A stretch of 34,488 nucleotides of DNA from Perkinsus chesapeaki ATCC PRA-425 (Eukaryota; Protista; Perkinsozoa). The position numbers and the translations under genes are program-made. This document shows positions 31,934 through 34,488 of this stretch, in pieces. The notes beneath the pieces were generated by a model that did not search any database, had not been told where the DNA came from, and worked only from the letters and a program-made list of their open reading frames with translations. The DNA is taken from the NCBI GenBank assembly GCA_013115145.1, contig JAAPAO010000380.1, forward strand, positions 1 to 34,488, in the 5' to 3' direction. How positions within the stretch are numbered: the stretch's first letter is position 1; each line of letters starts with the position of its first letter.

Positions 31934-34330
31934 TCATTGTTGTGCCGCTGAGGTGGCCTCAGGCTGATGCTGCTGCTGCCCGCGACGAGCCGCTCGTGAT
32001 CGGCTGCCTCGCAGCTTGATGGGTTGAGGGGTGGCGTCTGGACTGGGAAATGGTATAGTCTGACCGAGCTCATTTGGCTTGGTGGGATCGCAACCAATGA
32101 TGATGGGCCGATACCTGAAAGAAATAATAAATAACGCACGCGAGGATTGAACCCACGGCCATGAGCATCAGAGCCTACGCTACTAACTACTAGACTAAAT
32201 TGCCACGTCCATAATTACTCTTCAACTGGGAGAGCACAAACAGGTGAGTTCTTGTAGTGCTGGACGTTCGCTTCCAATCCTTGAACTCTAGCAGTCGATA
32301 CATCACAAACCTGAAGAGCAGCGGAAATGCCACGAAGTAGAATATAACCAAGGATCTCACCTTTGTGGAGTTAAATCCTGTCAAATGCAAGCCTTGGAAC
32401 TTTTCTCGAAACCTTTGAGCGGTAAGCTCATCCGTAAAATTGATGAAAGCGTATCTTAGCAAGCTCGGATGATCCATGGTTCGATCCTCGGGTCCGCCAT
32501 TTTAACCTACCCGATATTGCAGCGATTTTTAAAATCGATCGGAAGATACAAAAAATCATAACCGTGTTTGAAGTCCTCGTCCAACGCACCTCGTAACATC
32601 GACTAAGAAAACATAACACTCCGTCACGCGCCACAAAATTCCCTGCTACCTGCGAGTACTTGTTAGGAATGTTTCGCAGCATTAGCGTCGTTATTGGTCC
32701 AGTGGGGTGAGGGGACGGTTCTCGTTCCTAAGGCCGTGGGTTCAAATCCACCTCAAGCTATTTTGTAATATCTCACCTTCGCAGCTGGCTTCTTGCCTTC
32801 TGTATTCTCCCCTAAAAAGACAAACAAATTTTTTTTCAGATCAGCTCCTGAGTTTCAACGTGTAAACCCTAATTTAGTAGCACTCTTGCTATCCTCATAA
32901 ATTCCTTCCTATTGCCCGAGGCTGCCCTAGAAAAGCGCCCCATTCGAGGATCGAACTCACGACCTTCCCCACACGAAACTCACCCTCGGCATCTTTGCTC
33001 TTCTTCCGCGATCTTCTCTTTTTTGGTTTCTTGGTTGACTCCAGAAACTCCATGCCATCTTGGGACTGCCTGTAACACAAGATGAGCTCGAAAGATACCT
33101 CAACGAGCGAGCTGCCCAACCAATGATCTTCAAATAGTCTTCGAGAAAAGAAATACACAATAATATCAAATAAATATTTTAGTAAACATAAAAAACACAT
33201 ATCCGGTTCAGAATTCAAAATACCAACTTTTGTGTGCCGCTTGTCCCCCTTGCACACCACCGTTGGCAAATTTGTCCAACTTGTTCCACTAACAAAATGT
33301 TCCTTTTCCATGCACATGACCTACCGTCATTCGCAATGCTACCATTTGCGATCCATGGCAACTTAAAATACGGACTCTCGCCCACTATTCCCAACTTGCC
33401 TTCGTTGGCCAGATAATAAACAAGCGCATCACCTCTATATAACATTCCATCTTACAGCAGTAAGAAAATTCTAGCAGCTCTCAAAAAAACGTCACCGCGC
33501 CACAAAATTGCCCAGTAATACCGTCGCGCAGCCGATGCCTCAATTTCGGCCGAAAGGTCCGAGAGGACATGAGAATTGCCTATCGTGCTGGAGTGAACCG
33601 TAGCAGCATCAGTATGGGCATCTTGAGTAACCTATACAGAATCTTGCACGCTTCAAGCTAAGATACCTACCTCCTCAATACACCGATCCAACACACTGCT
33701 AGCTCCTATCACACCCGGCCCCGAACCGTTTAAAAACCCGCAAATAGTGCAAGTCCACATCCCCCTCTCATAAAGCTCGCAGCCATCATTCGGACTTCCG
33801 CAATTCCCACAACATTCAAATTCATGCTCCTCCTCAAGTGGCGATGATGATTGATGAAAGCATCGGTTTAAAAGGCTATTCACACTGTATTCGCTGTTCC
33901 GGTGAAGCTGGGCAGCTGACTTGCTTTGGGATAAAGATAGTCGAGAAAGGGAGAGAGCTCGAGTGAAGCCATCGGCATCGGGAGTTAACTGAAGGATGAA
34001 AAGTAATGTCACCACTTCCTCATTACGTTCATAAAAAGTAATGTCACCACTTCCTCATTACGTTTATAAAAAGTAATGTCACCACTTCCTCATTACGTTT
34101 ATAAAAAGTAATGTCACCACTTCCTCATTACGTTCATAAAAAGTAATGTCACCACTTCCCCATCACATTTATATCCGCCCATCCCTATTATTACCCCCAA
34201 TAGCTCCTTCTTTATATTCTTCAATTTCTCCCTTAACGGTAGTGCTTGCGCGAAGCTCCCTCCCCCCTGAATCGGCACCGACACCGCCTTCCGTTCCGAC
34301 ATGGCAGCATCTATGTCATCGTAGCTCCGA
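31934..34330 (-). CDS. Mei2-like RRM (RRM_2 type) protein; 5' part approximate and probably extends toward or past the window end
   Basis: Firm 3' exons 32727-32650, 32602-32511, 32454-32361, 32310-32219 and 32114-31934 give TTLMLRNIPNKYSQ-SML...[23 protein letters not shown]...KVCDVSTARVQG...NSPV...YRP...PFP. Upstream exons to ~34330 can be joined in phase but are less certain. Confidence 0.8.
32135..32205 (-). pseudogene. tRNA pseudogene inside the last intron (32115-32218) of the Mei2-like gene
   Basis: TAGTCTAGTAGTTAG D-loop, CTCTGAT loop, GGCCGTGGGTTCAATCCTCGC T-arm. Acceptor stem is broken. Confidence 0.55.
33999..34160. repeat. 35-bp intronic minisatellite, about 4.6 copies
   Basis: AAGTAATGTCACCACTTCCTCATTACGTTYATAAA, starting at 34001, 34036, 34071, 34106 and 34141. 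Lies within the putative intron 34194-33989. Confidence 0.95.
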
Positions 34331-34488
34331 ACCTGATCCAACTTTCAGCCCGCATTTCTCCAGTTCAGTTAAAGATGAATATTATAAACTATTAAGTATA
34401 ATGGGAACCATCAAGCTCCTTTCTATTATATCTCCTCCTCCGTATCACTAGTAACATATTTCCTATCAAACTCCTTTCTATTATATCT

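Overview
Eukaryotic genomic DNA, most consistent with a Perkinsus-like flagellated alveolate. This is inferred from many 41-56 nt GT-AG introns, an intronless subtilisin, tandem CCCH genes and a ciliary RIB43A gene. Bases 1-8.5 kb and 17.7-21.2 kb are transposon debris: a dead gag + tyrosine-recombinase element with a nested 5'-truncated LINE and two CGTACAC-array terminal-inverted-repeat (TIR) elements, plus hAT and gag-protease remnants. Bases 8.9-16.8 kb hold a subtilisin, a double-domain reticulon, a small Cys-rich secreted peptide and two tandem-CCCH paralogues. Bases 21.2-34.5 kb are gene-dense on the minus strand. Multi-exon genes that the ORF track does not show were assembled by hand: RPA2 (12 exons), a mitochondrial-presequence USP (5 exons), RIB43A (13 exons) and a Mei2-type RRM gene; there is also one intact tRNA-Ser(UGA). 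The most striking signal is at least 21 copies of a stereotyped 22-nt structure: 7 nt of an 8-mer, then the reverse complement of the full 8-mer, then its last 7 nt. The 8-mer varies between sites and each copy is a net 14-nt insertion. This geometry is what hairpin-type (hAT/Hermes-like) transposon excision predicts, and two copies account for frameshifts in the recombinase. Also notable are TIR elements carrying a tRNA-tRNA-hairpin cassette and tRNA 3'-half fragments in four introns of one gene. All gene models and family calls are by eye, without database searches.
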